NCBI RefSeq assembly: GCF_006345805.1
Contig: NC_043009.1
Coordinates: forward strand, 59,272,001-59,336,000
Direction: 5' to 3'
DNA: 64,000 nucleotides
From: Octopus sinensis
Lineage: Eukaryota
Positions 26,136 to 39,794 of the stretch are shown here, in pieces (the first letter of the stretch is position 1; each line of letters opens with the position of its first letter). The translations under genes and the position numbers were made by a program. A model generated the notes under the pieces. The model was not told the DNA's origin. It ran no database searches and saw only the letters and a program-made list of their open reading frames with translations.

Positions 26136-26252
26136 AAATGTCTGAAATAATTTTCTGTGTAAGCTACATGAGATGGGTCTCCGTTTGCACGTAGGATGCG
26201 TGTCTTTATATGACGTACAGTGTTGTACTGTCTCCTGGCAACACATTTAAAT
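24522..26252. repeat. Direct repeat array, unit ~715-718 bp (2 full units + 1 partial)
   Basis: aaatctttctgtatacg starts at 24522, 25240 and 25954. Confidence 0.95.
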
Positions 26253-26449
26253 CTGAAAAAAAGGTTGAGAAAAGAAACAAAAAATGGTACATCAAAGGAT
26301 TTAGGGAAAACAGAAGGAAAACGATGATTCATTGTTAATAATTGTCGTACATGAAATTGAAAGCTGAAAATGTAACTTGTGGAATGAGGATCGGTGATTA
26401 TATGAGGTGTAAGCTGTTGTTCGTAAGGAATCTCAAAGAAAACTTGAAA

Positions 26450-27060
26450 TATAGATGTGTATGTGTGTGTATACAGATAATATACATACATATATATAAT
26501 GTATGTATATGTATTCGTATATATTCTTTTATACAAATATGTCTGTGTATATATGTATATATTTATGTATATACATGTATATATGTATGTATTATATATA
26601 TATATATATATACATACATATATACATGTATATACATAAATATATACATATATTTATATATATATATATACGTATATGTATATATATATATATATAAATA
26701 TATGTATATATTCATGAATACATATATATATGTATGATTATATATGTGTAAGTACTTATATGAATATATATATATACACACAAATACTCATATACATATG
26801 TATAAAAGAATATATAAGAATACATATACATATATATATATGTATACACACACACATATATATACATGTATATATATTTATATATACACATTTATATATC
26901 AGTATATATATATGTATACACACATATATACACATTTATATATCAGTATATATATATGTACGTATATACGCGCATATATGTGTATATGAATATATGTATA
27001 TATATACATGCATATATCTATATTATGATACTATATATATATATATATATATATATACAT
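26450..27060. repeat. Compound (TA)n/(TG)n/(CA)n low-complexity tract; representative of many others (20630-20860, 47100-47495, 48090-49040, 52385-52790, 55090-55330, 57290-57710, 58340-58610, 62760-63410)
   Basis: Direct reading. Confidence 0.95.
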
Positions 27061-27415
27061 AAGTGTGTGTTTGTGTGCATGTGCGTGTAGGGGGTGTGTG
27101 TTTATATATGTATGATAGATAGATAATTAATGAAACGGATACATGTATGAAAGAAAACTTGAAATAACGAAGTGAAAACATTAAACGAAATTTTTGCCAC
27201 ATATAGAAATGGAAAATGCAATATCTGAAATTCAAAGCTTCAATAGAATCTTTTAAAATTGGAATGTGTTAGTGTTAAGAATTGCATAAAATTGAAATGC
27301 GTTACTGTTAAGAAATGTAATAAACGAGAGAGAAGGCTGAAAGATAAACTTTGAAAATTGAAATATTTCTGTTATTGAAAAAGGTAGTGTATATATATAT
27401 GTATACACACATATA

Positions 27416-27489
<74 letters not shown>

Positions 27490-27665
27490 TTGTGTGTGTA
27501 TGTATATGTGTGTGTGTGTGTGTATATATATATATGCATGTATATGTATATATATATTTATAATATACTTTATAATTATACCTATATACATATGCCTACT
27601 TAAACATATATATATATATATATATATATGTATAATTATAATGTATATTCTAAATATATAGATAC

Positions 27666-27705
<40 letters not shown>

Positions 27706-27865
27706 ATATATAAGCATGTACATGCATATACATATTTATAATATACATTATAACTATACATATATACATATGCTTATTTAAACATATATATATGTGTGTG
27801 TATAAATGTATTCACACGTACACACGCGTGTGCACACACACACTGATACATATACACACACACAT

Positions 27866-27901
<36 letters not shown>

Positions 27902-29027
27902 GAAACAATGAAAGGTCTGTATGTAAAATAGCCATTGAAGAAATAACTGAACCGATATGCTATTACAAATACTAGCATATATACGCGTGAGTATGTGTGT
28001 GTATGTGTGTATACATACATATATACAAAAGCATATACTTGCATGTGACCGTGGGTGTGTGCATGAATGCAATTACGTATAGATAGATAGACGCATATAT
28101 AGAATAAATATATATATATTTATTTATTTATGTAAGTATGCATGTATGTATGTCTGCTTGTATATGACAAGAAAAGACTTGTATTCCTAACGCTCCCATT
28201 TCAGAAATAACTGAACCGATATGTTATGTAATTGTGTATGACAGAAATACGGAAAATAAATATTTGAAAACGATGGACTCGCAACTAAGAGAGAATATGA
28301 AAATATTTCTTTGAAGAGAACTGAAAGGAAACTTGAAATAAAGAAACATAAATATGAAAAGAGAGATACGATAGGGATATATCCGAATGAAGATATGTAA
28401 ATATATTAAATTACTGAAAATGCAGATGCAACATTGTGTGTTCGTGTGTGTGTGTTTGTGTGTGTGGCGCGTGTTTTGAGAAAACGCTGACAAGAAAGAT
28501 TAGCAAATTAAGGTTGTTGAAAAGATTTGTTTAAAGAAAAAATATTTGAACGAGGACTGAAAATGAGAATGTGTATGTATTTGAAAAATTTAGAAGGTAC
28601 AGTTACGAAACTTTAAGCTAGTCACCGAAATACCGGCATGAACATATATTCTCAAAAGCACAAACATTAAGTTCCCAAAGTAGTTTGCACACCTGAAAGG
28701 TTAGCCACATTGCCTTTAATGGGGCATCAAATGGGATTCAATGCTACCTTTTACTGCTAGGTTACTATTTCAAGGCGGAAATGAAGTCTGCACAGAAAGT
28801 AAATAATTTTAATTATAGAGAAATATATTCTTTTCGTATGTATGTACGTACGTATGTATGTACGTACGTATGTATGTATATATGTATGAATGAATGTATG
28901 TATGTATGTATGTATGTATGTATGTATGTATGTATGTATGTATGTATGTATGTATGTATGTGCAGGCACTCAGACACGCGCGTGCACAAGTGTCTGTGTG
29001 TTTGCATTCGTGCGTGTCTTTATACAG

Positions 29028-29409
29028 AAGAGCAGGCCGGTTGTCCTGATATTTATTTTGGTAAGATGAAACTACTTGTCATTCCGACGATTTGATCCCT
29101 ACATGTTCCACACTAGCTTCATTCTTTTACAGAAACGGCCAGAATTTCCAGGCTTTTCTGCAAATTTGCTGTTGTATATCCAAGTCCAGTCATGATGCTA
29201 CGTACAAGTGACAGTCTAAAGCTTGGATTCAACAGTTATAATTTCTGCGTTTGCTACCCATAAATTGCATTGTTTCAACATTTTTAAAATCAAAATTTAC
29301 AATCACCTTGCCGCTGACTTTTACAATGCTTGACTTCTTTTTCTACAGTAATCGTTCCTACGGAGAGCATTGTAACTATGAGAAAACAGAACCTTATGGA
29401 CATCAGCAG
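29028..29409 (+). CDS. Candidate cluster of three small exons of an unidentified gene (29028-29060, 29133-29201, 29349-29409)
   Basis: Canonical signals tttatacag|...TTTTG|gtaaga, tcattcttttacag|...CTAC|gtacaa and cttctttttctacag|...CAGCAG|gtatgt, with introns of 72 and 147 nt. The spliced product is open in one frame: xEQAGCPDIYFETARISRLFCKFAVVYPSPVMMLLIVPTESIVTMRKQNLMDIS. No family recognised. Confidence 0.35.
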
Positions 29410-29939
29410 GTATGTCTGATCTATGTATGTACATATGCACATACCCATATTTATGGAGACGCACAATTACATGCACGCACATAAACACGCGCACTCTTGA
29501 AATTTTAATATGCTCGTTTCGGAAACACTATGTTCTACGTTACTTTCTAAGTTAAAATTGATTTGAGTAGGTGTTTTATGCCCAAGCTATGGGCCAATGT
29601 AAACTTTAATAGAGAAAATGGGTAAATTAGTAAGTCTCCGACAGCCTATCAGGGGAAATATGACTATAATTCGAAAGACTAAGTTTGTCTCATTGTTCTG
29701 AGAATTAAGTTAAGCGTACACGGGTTTCTGGAATACCCACCAACTTACACATTAATAAATAAAGATTGTATTGCTGTTTCATTTCAACTCTGTTCTTACT
29801 CTATTCTTAAAATTACTTATTTTTCAGAAATACATTGTGTTTTATTTTAATGCAGGGGAGAGCAATCACTCTACAAAATATGAAAGCTTTGAGTTGAAAC
29901 GCAACTTGTATTTGAGATAACTAAGAAAACACAATAACT

Positions 29940-30680
29940 GGAATATTTCTGGCCCCTTCAAAAGCTTTTGACAATGTGAATCATGATAGACTACCTTCTA
30001 AATGAAATCAGTAAGGTACCAGGGATGAACCACATCAAAACATTCCACACTTCCTACAGTCACTGGTTACCCAGTGACTGGTCACAATCACTAGTAACTA
30101 TCATTTAACTGATTACAATAGTAAAATACCATTTCATATTTCTTATGGCATTAGTGTTGCCTAAGGTTTTATTCTAAGACCCCTCTGATTTCTTATATAT
30201 ATAAACATAACATTCTCTACAGCCTGAAAAATTACTCGATTTTATTCAATATACCAGGAATAAATAACTAATTTCTTATATTGCTCCTGTAGTCTCAGAT
30301 AGAACACGTACAAGCTCTACAAATAAACAATGAATTTTAAATATATCAATTTAGCTAACAGAAAGTAAGATTTCGCTCTACGTCTCAAAAGCTAAATATA
30401 CGTTCATTTATCTTCATCGGAAAGACATTTTCCTCAGAATCAATCCAGCAGCTTGAAATTGACAGTAATAGAATATAATATGTTGACCATTTCAAATATC
30501 TAGAAATCATTGTTGATAAGAATCTTAAACGGAAACCACATATCGATCTGACCTGCAGGCGAATAATCAGTGTACTATTGGTATCTTATCTCGCACAAAT
30601 ATTATTTTCCAGGACATGTGTTATTAAACATACATCAAACTCATATTAGTTGTCATCTATAGTAGAGTTTCTAATAGAGG
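29940..30680 (+). pseudogene. Ancient CR1/L2-group reverse transcriptase remnant
   Basis: SKAFDNVNHDRL, G..V..G.ILRPL.FLIYIN and NLKRKPHIDLTC-like motifs with many stops. Confidence 0.65.
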
Positions 30681-31577
30681 GGTGGGGTGAGGATTAAGAA
30701 AGAAGGATGGACGAATTGTTATGTTTGATAAAATTAAGATGGTTTATACTAAAATTTCATCTGTTCTATAGTTCATGGTGGTAATATAGTTTGTCTTTTC
30801 GATAGTAAAGAGGGAGAGCAAAAACTCCATAGATATTTTTTAGCTGTTTTTTTTGAGAAGCATTTATCTTGAATATGGTATAATATTTTAATGTCACCAT
30901 TCTGGTAAAACTGAAAATTTACGAAGTCCATCTGGACTAGCCTAGATCGTTTTGGTATCAACCTGCTCAATTCTCTGATACAAACTTCCTGTTTTTAGAA
31001 GTGGTTTAAATTAAAGCCTCCCATTAAAATTTCATGTTTAATTTATGCTCCAAACAACAACTTAATTATGACATTTTGTTTTACTAAATACTTAATCATT
31101 TTCAAAATTAATTGAAACAGGCAATTTGTTTCAGAAACAAAAGCGTTAAATGGTCGTGGGGGGGGGATACGTACTGATTTTTTTTTCCTTTTCATTGCAG
31201 TGGTTCTCAATGTTTTACGGTTCATGGACCCTTTCACAGGATGGTATTTTATAAACGCCTCTTGGTGTTTACATAAGGACACAGGAAATACGTCAAGGCC
31301 CACAGGAAGCGTTGATGCTTCCTAGGGCTAAATAGCGGTGGTGTGATTCCCTTTGTGGGACTGTCACGTTAAGTTGACAGTATACAACTACTCTATCGTA
31401 CCACCACTGCTTATATCTCTCTGAGATATTTAGAAATGCAATATTTCTATTTGAAAAGCACGTTATTTTAATCAAACACAGACTCTAGTTTCTTATCCGT
31501 ATGCTTTATACTATCCCATCCATGTGCTTATTTTTCTCTGTGTTCTGTATTTAGGTAGGTATTTCAGTGGATCTGTA

Positions 31578-31973
31578 TACTCTTTTACTTGTTTCAGTCT
31601 TTTGACTGCGGCCATGCTGGAGCACCGCCTTTAATCGAGCAACTCGACCCCGGGACTTATTCTTTTGTAAGCCCAGTACTTATTCTATCGGTCTCTTTTG
31701 CCGAACCGCTAAGTAACGGGGACATAAACACACCAGCATCGGTTGTCAAGCAATGCTAGTGGGACAAATATAGACACACAAACACACACACATACATATA
31801 TACATATATACGACAGGCTTCTTTCAGTTTCCGTCTACCAAATCCACTCACAAGGCATTGGTCGGCCTGGGGCTATAGCAGAAGACACTTTCCCAAGATG
31901 CCACGCAGTAGGACTGAACCCGGAACCATGTGGTTGGTTAGCAAGCTACTTACCACACAGCCACTCCTGCGCC
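31578..31973 (-). mobile_element. SINE family A, full length
   Basis: Consensus-like copy. Confidence 0.92.
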
Positions 31974-32607
31974 TATGTATACATTATTTTAAATTTCTAG
32001 GAAAATTACAAAAAAAAAAAAAAGCGCAGGCACTTACATAATGAAATTATATTGGATCTTAGCACATCAACCATATTTCTGTTCACTGATGACGTAATGT
32101 TCTTTTCACATTTTAATCATGAAAATGTTTTTTTATCTTTGAAAATGTGGTTAAACTGTATCTGCAGTAAAAGATGTAAATATTTCATTTCTAAACAAAT
32201 TCACAGCCTTCTCAATACGCAGCACTTTCCATAGCATCCCTTTAACGTATGGCCCCGCTCCAAAGCAAACACATTGTAAACCCCGAAGTGTGCGTTACCG
32301 CCAAGTTTAATAACCGCTACTCTATAGTAAAGCTCACGTTTAAAAGTTCGCAGACATGTATAAACTTGCAAGAATCAAAGCCTACAATTATTTCCTTCTT
32401 GGCTGGTATTTTGCCAAAATTTCTTTCGACTCTAGAGTTATCAAACAGTCGAACAACGAAAAATAAATATTTGTTTCAAATTTTGGTACAAGGCCATCAG
32501 TTTTAGTGGGAAGGGGTTAGCCTATCACATCGACCTCTGAGGGGTGACAGGCAAAGTTGACCTCTGCGAGATTTGAATTCAGAACGTAAAATAAAAAATA
32601 CTATTAA

Positions 32608-33011
32608 GGTAGGAGTGGCTGTGTGGTAAGTCGCTTGCTTACGAACTGCATGATTCCGGGTTCAGTCCCTCTGCGTGACACCATGGGCAAGTGTCTTCTA
32701 CTATAGCCTCGGGTCGACTAAATTCTTGTCAGTGGACTTGGTATACGGAAACTGAAAGAAGCCCGTCGTATATATGTATATATATATATGTGTGTGCATA
32801 TGTTTGTGTGTCTGTGTTTGTCCCCCCAACACCGCTTGACAACCGATGCTGGTGTGTTTTCTTCCCGTAACTTAGCGTTTGGCAAAACAGACCGGTAGAA
32901 TAAGTACTAGGCTTACAAAGAATAAGTCCTGGGGTCGAGTTGCTAGACAAAAGGCGGTGCTCCAGCATGGCCACAGTCACATGACTGAAACAAGATAAAA
33001 GAGTAAAAGAG
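32608..33011 (+). mobile_element. SINE family A, full length
   Basis: Consensus-like copy. Confidence 0.9.
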
Positions 33012-33825
33012 CAAAAAAAAAAGCGAGTATCATTTTGTGCGATGCACTAACGATTCTACCAGTCCGGCGCTTTTATCTAAGTACAAATAATGGAATCAAA
33101 TTTTGGCATAAGGCCAGTAATTTCAGAGGTGTGGACAAGTCCATCTCAAAGTTCTACAGTTACAAATTTTTATCGCCACCGAAATTATGTAATGGAAAGT
33201 CGGAATTTGATATCTGAATACAAATTATGCAAACGATATCAAAAACAGAAATATGCAGTCAAGATCATTTCTAGATGTTGATATTGCTAATAAGATAAAC
33301 CCAATCAAAATTGACATCCCTCAACTTTTCAATGAATTTCAAAAATTATTTCTTTAAAAAATCAATATAAAAATCATTACTGTAAATATGGCATTTCACT
33401 TTCAAAGAGACACTATCGCATCTTCCTCGTTCATTTGAATCAGAAATTAACTCTTATCTCTCTGCGCTTTATCATTTGTATGGTATTCGCAATTAGATTA
33501 TAGCTTGAGTGTTATAGAAAACTTTACATAGCAGTATTTTGAAACCATCTTCTAAACTGATATTTTTATTAGATATTAGGATTTTTTTTTTCAAGATATA
33601 CTAAGCACAAGAGCTGTTTGATGCACAGCAGCAGCCATTTCTGGCGTTTGGTCATTGATCCTCCACCACAGTTACTATGTTTTGTGCTTGGTCTGTGTCT
33701 CAGTTCTATGTATTTACGTTTATAACAAACGGTATATATGTGTACGTGTATGCATTTGTATGTATACACACGCAACATGTATACATTTTATCTTTACTTT
33801 TTTCCTTTCTTTCTTTTTTTTCTAC

Positions 33826-34396
33826 TCTAGGCACAAGGCCCGAAATTTTGGAGGAGGGTGCCAGTCGATTAGATCGACCCCAGTACGCAACTGGTTCTTA
33901 ATTTATCAACCCCGAAAGGATGAAAGGCAAAGTCGACCTCGGCGGAATTTGAACTCAGAACGTAGTGGCAGACGAAATACCTATTTCTTTACTACCCACA
34001 AGGGGCTAAACATAGAGAGGACAAACAAGGACAGGCAAACGGATTAAGTCGATTACATCGACCCCAGTGTGTAAGTGGTACTTAATTCATCGACCCTGAA
34101 AAGATGAAAGGCAAAGTCGACCTCGGCGGAATTTGAACTCAGAACGTAGTGGCAGACGAAATACCTATTTCTTTACTACCCACAAGGGGCTTAACATAGA
34201 GAGGACAAACAAGGACAGGCAAACGGATTAAGTCGATTACATCGACCCCAGTGTGTAAGTGGTACTTAATTCATCGACCCTGAAAAGATGAAAGGCAAAG
34301 TCGACTTCGGCGGAATTTGAACTCAGAACGTAACGGCAGACGAAATACGGCAACGCATTTCGCCCGGCTTGCTAACGATTCTGCCAGCTCGCCGCC
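33826..34396 (-). mobile_element. SINE family B with three cores at 184-bp spacing
   Basis: ggcaaagtcgac at 33926, 34110 and 34294; single head ending ctcgccgcc at 34396. Confidence 0.9.
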
Positions 34397-34425
34397 CTTA
34401 TGTATACATTTGTGTGTGTGTGTGT

Positions 34426-34466
<41 letters not shown>

Positions 34467-34879
34467 GTCCGTGCGTGTGTGTGTGTGTGTAAAATGCACG
34501 TAAACATAAGTGAAAACAAAATGCAAATATACACTAGTGAATTCTTCGTAATTAGTCTGATGGCAATATTTTTCTTTAACTCCTTGACAACAGTTGACGC
34601 AAATATGCGATTACGCTTTTGCTTGCCTACCCGCGGTTAACGTAAATATACGATGTAGAGCTGCTCTACATCTATCACGGACTCTTTAGCGGCTGACGTA
34701 TGTTTACGTTCGCTATCGTGTACTTTATCTCTTGAGGTGCGCGCACTCGCCGTCCCGTGCATTATCTTAGCTATTTTAGGTTACGTTCAAGTCATGAGAC
34801 TAGCAGTAGACCAATGACATGCAGATACTTTACATGCATATGCCTGTAAGGTTCCGAAAAAGGAGAGGAAAGAGAGGAG

Positions 34880-35085
34880 GATAAGGAACTACTTGCTGGA
34901 AAGTTTCGAGGACGGGAAGAGGGATTACTTCCCGGAAAGTTCCGAGGAGTGGGACGAATTACTTCCTCGAAAATTCCGAGAATGGGGAGGAATTACTTCG
35001 TGGAAAGTTCCGAGGAGGGGGAGGAATTACTTCCTGGAAAGTTCCGAGGAAGGGGAGGAAGGGGAAGGATTACTTTTCTCAAGTT
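34880..35085. repeat. Minisatellite, ~34-bp unit (aattacttcctggaaagttccgaggagggggagg) x5-6
   Basis: TTnnnnGAA cores start at 34893, 34929, 34963, 34997 and 35031. Confidence 0.85.
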
Positions 35086-35199
35086 CGAAATGTGAATTTG
35101 TCTGTGTTAACTATTTCCTAAAGATGGAGTCTTGTATCTTTCTTGGAAATCGGCACCCTCATCAGTAGAAGATTTATAATTATTAAAAAATAGAAGAGG

Positions 35200-35575
35200 C
35201 ATACATACATACATACATACATACATACATACATACATACATACATACATACATACATACATGCATACATTCATACATACATACATACATACATACATAC
35301 ATACATGCATACATGCATGCATACATACATACATACATACATACATGCATACATGCATGCATACATACATACATACATACATACATACATGCATACATAC
35401 ATGCATGCATACATACATACATACGTACGTACATACATACATACATACATACATACATACATACATACATACACACATACATACATACATACATACATAC
35501 ATACACACATACATACATACATACATACATACATACATACATACATACATACATACATACATACATACATACATA
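35200..35575. repeat. (ACAT)n microsatellite with ATGC variants
   Basis: Direct reading. Confidence 0.97.
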
Positions 35576-36310
35576 GAACAGCATTAACAGGAATTATAAC
35601 CACCACTAGACTTGTGATAGTTACATTACATCCCACCTAGAAGGATGTGCCTTCGCTATCCGGGAACAGCAGATAGCTGTTAAATATCTGATAAACAAGA
35701 GGGCCAACATATCTCTAAACTTCCGTGGTGTGTTAAAACATGTCGACTCTGCTATCCCAATGTGGGAGATATCGCCCACATCATCATCAGCTCTCCTTAT
35801 ACTGGCTGCCCTGAAGCATGATATAACTGCAAAGACTGTATTTACAATGCTATCCACAGGAAATATTGCCCTGGCGTATACATCAAAGGCACGTCAGAAC
35901 CAACATCTATCCACACTTAAAAACAAGGAAAATTGGTGGAACACTCCAATAAAAACAGCAATCAATTTAGTACAAGCATGAAAGCTGATATTGTTCTGAT
36001 GGAACAAAAATCACGTATTGTGGTAGAGACTAGCTGTCCAGCTGATGTGAATGTACCATCAAAAGTCCATGAAACGAAGATATATGGTGAATTAATGCGG
36101 AGCTCACAGGTCTTGTACCTTGACAAGGAATTCTCATTTGTACTTATTATCACAGGTGCATTGGGTTATGTACCTACAAATTTCCTCAAGCTCCTAGAAA
36201 TACTAAGGTTTTCGAAGAAAGAGCAAAAGAATCTGGCGCGGATTCTCTAAATCCAGTCTATTAGTGCCACAGTGAAGACTTCCAAAAATTCTCCGCCTGA
36301 GACTCTTTAG
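35576..36310 (+). mobile_element. RLE-type (R2/R4 group) non-LTR retrotransposon 3' fragment, decayed
   Basis: HLEGCAFAIREQQIAVKYL, a degenerate C-C-H knuckle, WWNTPIKT, KADIVL..IVVETSCPADVNV, YGEL and IITGALGYVP resemble the PD-(D/E)xK restriction-like endonuclease region. Confidence 0.75.
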
Positions 36311-37244
36311 GTCAAGGGTCGGGGAACTTTTTAAACCAATTATTCCAAAATATGTTTATTTACGCCGATGTCACCCACACTAGTTTGAAGAGAAGAAGAT
36401 CATAGATTTATTGAATTCAAAAGGTTCATTGAATCTATTCACACATCCATTACACTAAACAGATGCAATGTTACCAGAAGAAAATTTCTTGTCGTAACGA
36501 GGAACACGTTGTGTATGTAATTTTATTTATGTCTAATGCGCTATTACCCCACAAGAATTTCATTTTTACTCCTCTTGCGGTAATTTACTCTGGTTCGCTG
36601 ACCCCTGCTTTAGGTGAATACGAACATGTATAGTCCGACAGCTCAACCAACACACCATCTCAGCTATATATTTACAAACGCCGGGAACATTCTGGATTCA
36701 AAACTTTTGTAGCTTTGCAAGCAATCGGCTTCAACTATCTTAAGTTAAATAAAACTCAGAGAAAAATCTTACAAACATACATACATATAAAGAAAACAGC
36801 ATGTATATATGCGAGTGTAGTGTACGAGTGTGTGAATGTGTGCGTGTGTCTAATTGAGCCATCTTAATTTCATACCTAATAATTGCATAATTCGATTAAT
36901 TAACTTTTCAAAATACCAAACTATTTAGTCTGAACTGTATCTAAAATTGACCAGTTACTTGTAATGCAAATTAATTCAATTCGGGTTAATTACGTAAACA
37001 TTTTGCCGAATTCAGGAAAATTGCGGTAAAATATAGCATAAAACTAAAAATTCCATTTGATATGAGATGTCTCTGGAAGTTTCCGTTTTCGTGACAAATT
37101 CACATAAAAGTAGTCAATATTTCCCACTTTCATTTTACTTGATTTGGTCGTTGAACTGTAGTCATGCTGAGGTATTGCAATTAAGAGGGCTTAGTCGAAA
37201 AAAGTTGACACTAATACTATATTTTTAAGTGCTGTATACCATCG

Positions 37245-37420
37245 TGTCTACCAGTCTGATAAGGGTACTCCAGGCACATGTGTTACAACTATATGCGTGC
37301 GACATAGATCTTTCATATCTAAGGTAAACAATGCATGGCCTTGCTGGTGGGGCCCAGGTAGAATATTCTTCAGGCCAAGCAGCCCATCCAACTCAAAAAG
37401 TTTCGTGAATAAGGGTTGTA
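37245..37420 (-). mobile_element. Probable LINE 3' UTR fragment
   Basis: gtgcctggagtacccttatcagactggtag-type terminus; assignment by recall only. Confidence 0.35.
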
Positions 37421-37477
37421 TGAGGATGATGGCAGCAATATTTATGTTTTTCAAACCCCAATACTATATTTAATTGA

Positions 37478-37808
37478 GGGCGGCGAGCTGGCAGAATCGT
37501 TAGCACGTCGGGCGAAATGCTTAGCGGTATTTCGTCTGCCGCTACGTTCTGAGTTCAAATACCGCCGAGGTCGACTTTGCCTTTCATCCTTTCGGGGTCG
37601 ATTAAATAAGTACTAGTTACGCACTGGGGTCGCTATAATCGACTTAATCCGTTTGTCTGTCCTTGTTTGTCCTCTCTGTGTTTAGCCCCTTGTGGGTAGT
37701 AAAGAAATAGGTATTTCGTCTGCCGTTACGTTCTGAGTTCAAATTCCGCCGAGGTCGACTTTGCCTTTCATCCTTTCGGGGTCGATTAAATAGGTACCAG
37801 TTACGCAC
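37478..37808 (+). mobile_element. SINE family B, head + two cores (another core at 38080-38262)
   Basis: ggcggcgagctggcagaatcgttagcacg head; junction aaagaaatag|gtatttcgtc. Confidence 0.9.
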
Positions 37809-38384
37809 GTATTTATGATTATCGCAAATACAAGGCAGAAGTCGAAACTAAACAACATTTAATAATACTACGCAGTGGTAGGAGCAAAGCTGGCAGACTT
37901 AATTAAATTCTGCAGTAGCTCATAACAACGATGATAACGGCTAGACTGTTGCCATGGTTACAAAGGGTAGCCGCACGGATATAGGCTACGTGAGTATTGG
38001 TGATAACTAACGATGGCCACTGCTATTGTAATGGCAATGTAGACGTTAGAGTAACGATTATATTGCCGGAGATGTGTAGCCGTATTTCGACTGCCGTTAC
38101 GTTCTGAGTTCAAATTCCGCCGAGGTCGACTTTGTCTTTCATCCTCTCGGGGTCGATGAATAAAGTACTAGTTTCGCACTGGGTCGATGTAATCGACTTA
38201 ATCCCTTTGTCTGTCCTTGTTTGTCCCCTCTATGTTTAGCCCCTTGTGGGTAGTAAAGAAAGATATATTGCCGGAGATGACAAAAGTGACATAGATAATA
38301 AACCGTTTCTACATCAGTCACACATGACTCAATACTAATAATTTTAATGTAGAGCAAAAACGTCTTACGAAACAAAAAAGAAAA

Positions 38385-39099
<715 letters not shown>

Positions 39100-39794
39100 T
39101 GCATGAATTTTATTACCCGGAAGTATGACTCTAGTTAAAACTGGTCAATTGAAAAGTAGAAAAAAAAGTAATAGAATGAAAAAAGAAAACTGGTAGGGGT
39201 TACATTAAACGAGCGTCATGCCGCTACGTATCAATAAAATATAGTCCCGACAGAGTGGAACATAAAAAAAATTATGTGTACATTAAGCGTACTGTAAGTA
39301 ATAACACGTTTTAATCTTGTTTTATAATACACCGTATTTCCCGTCTTTTAAGAACTTATAAGTCATAAGACACACTCTATAATTAGCAAGGTGTATTAAA
39401 GAGAAGAAAAGGCAAACTTTTTCGCAATTTATGGCCATATTATCAAAGATTTATGTAGTAAAGATATCTAATTTAAAACAAAATTGTTGTGCATTAAATA
39501 CAAGGTTTTATTACACCGCTACCGGATATGATCGCAACCAAATCCTTCGCAGTGTTTGTCGACATTCCAGCTAACTGTGCTGGCATTTCAAGTATATTGC
39601 GACTTGATTGCCCTCATTGATCTCCAGGCAATTTCGATGGTGTAACCATGGCCCCATTATATTTTAGAAATGTGTGAGGGAATGTGTCAGTAAAAAAACA
39701 AAGACGGAAAGAAAAGAGGGATCCCTCACCTCTCTTCTTTATTCTCTATTTCCCTCACTTCTCTATAATAAAGAATTATCTTAATACGGTTTGC

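Noticed and set aside
25997-26252. Minus-strand terminal exon candidate (ttttttcag|FKCVARRQYNTVRHIK...VQF*)
   Set aside because: Good acceptor and 84 open codons, but no recognisable family, and the same DNA aligns to the plus-strand module at 29 kb. Left unresolved rather than called.
31197-31300. cagtggttctcaa hAT-like left end (similar remnants near 36312 and 42530)
   Set aside because: No matching right TIR or TSD found; too degraded to delimit.
34880-35085. Regularly spaced repeats as a CRISPR-like array
   Set aside because: Contiguous tandem units without unique spacers, in eukaryotic context, with no cas genes.
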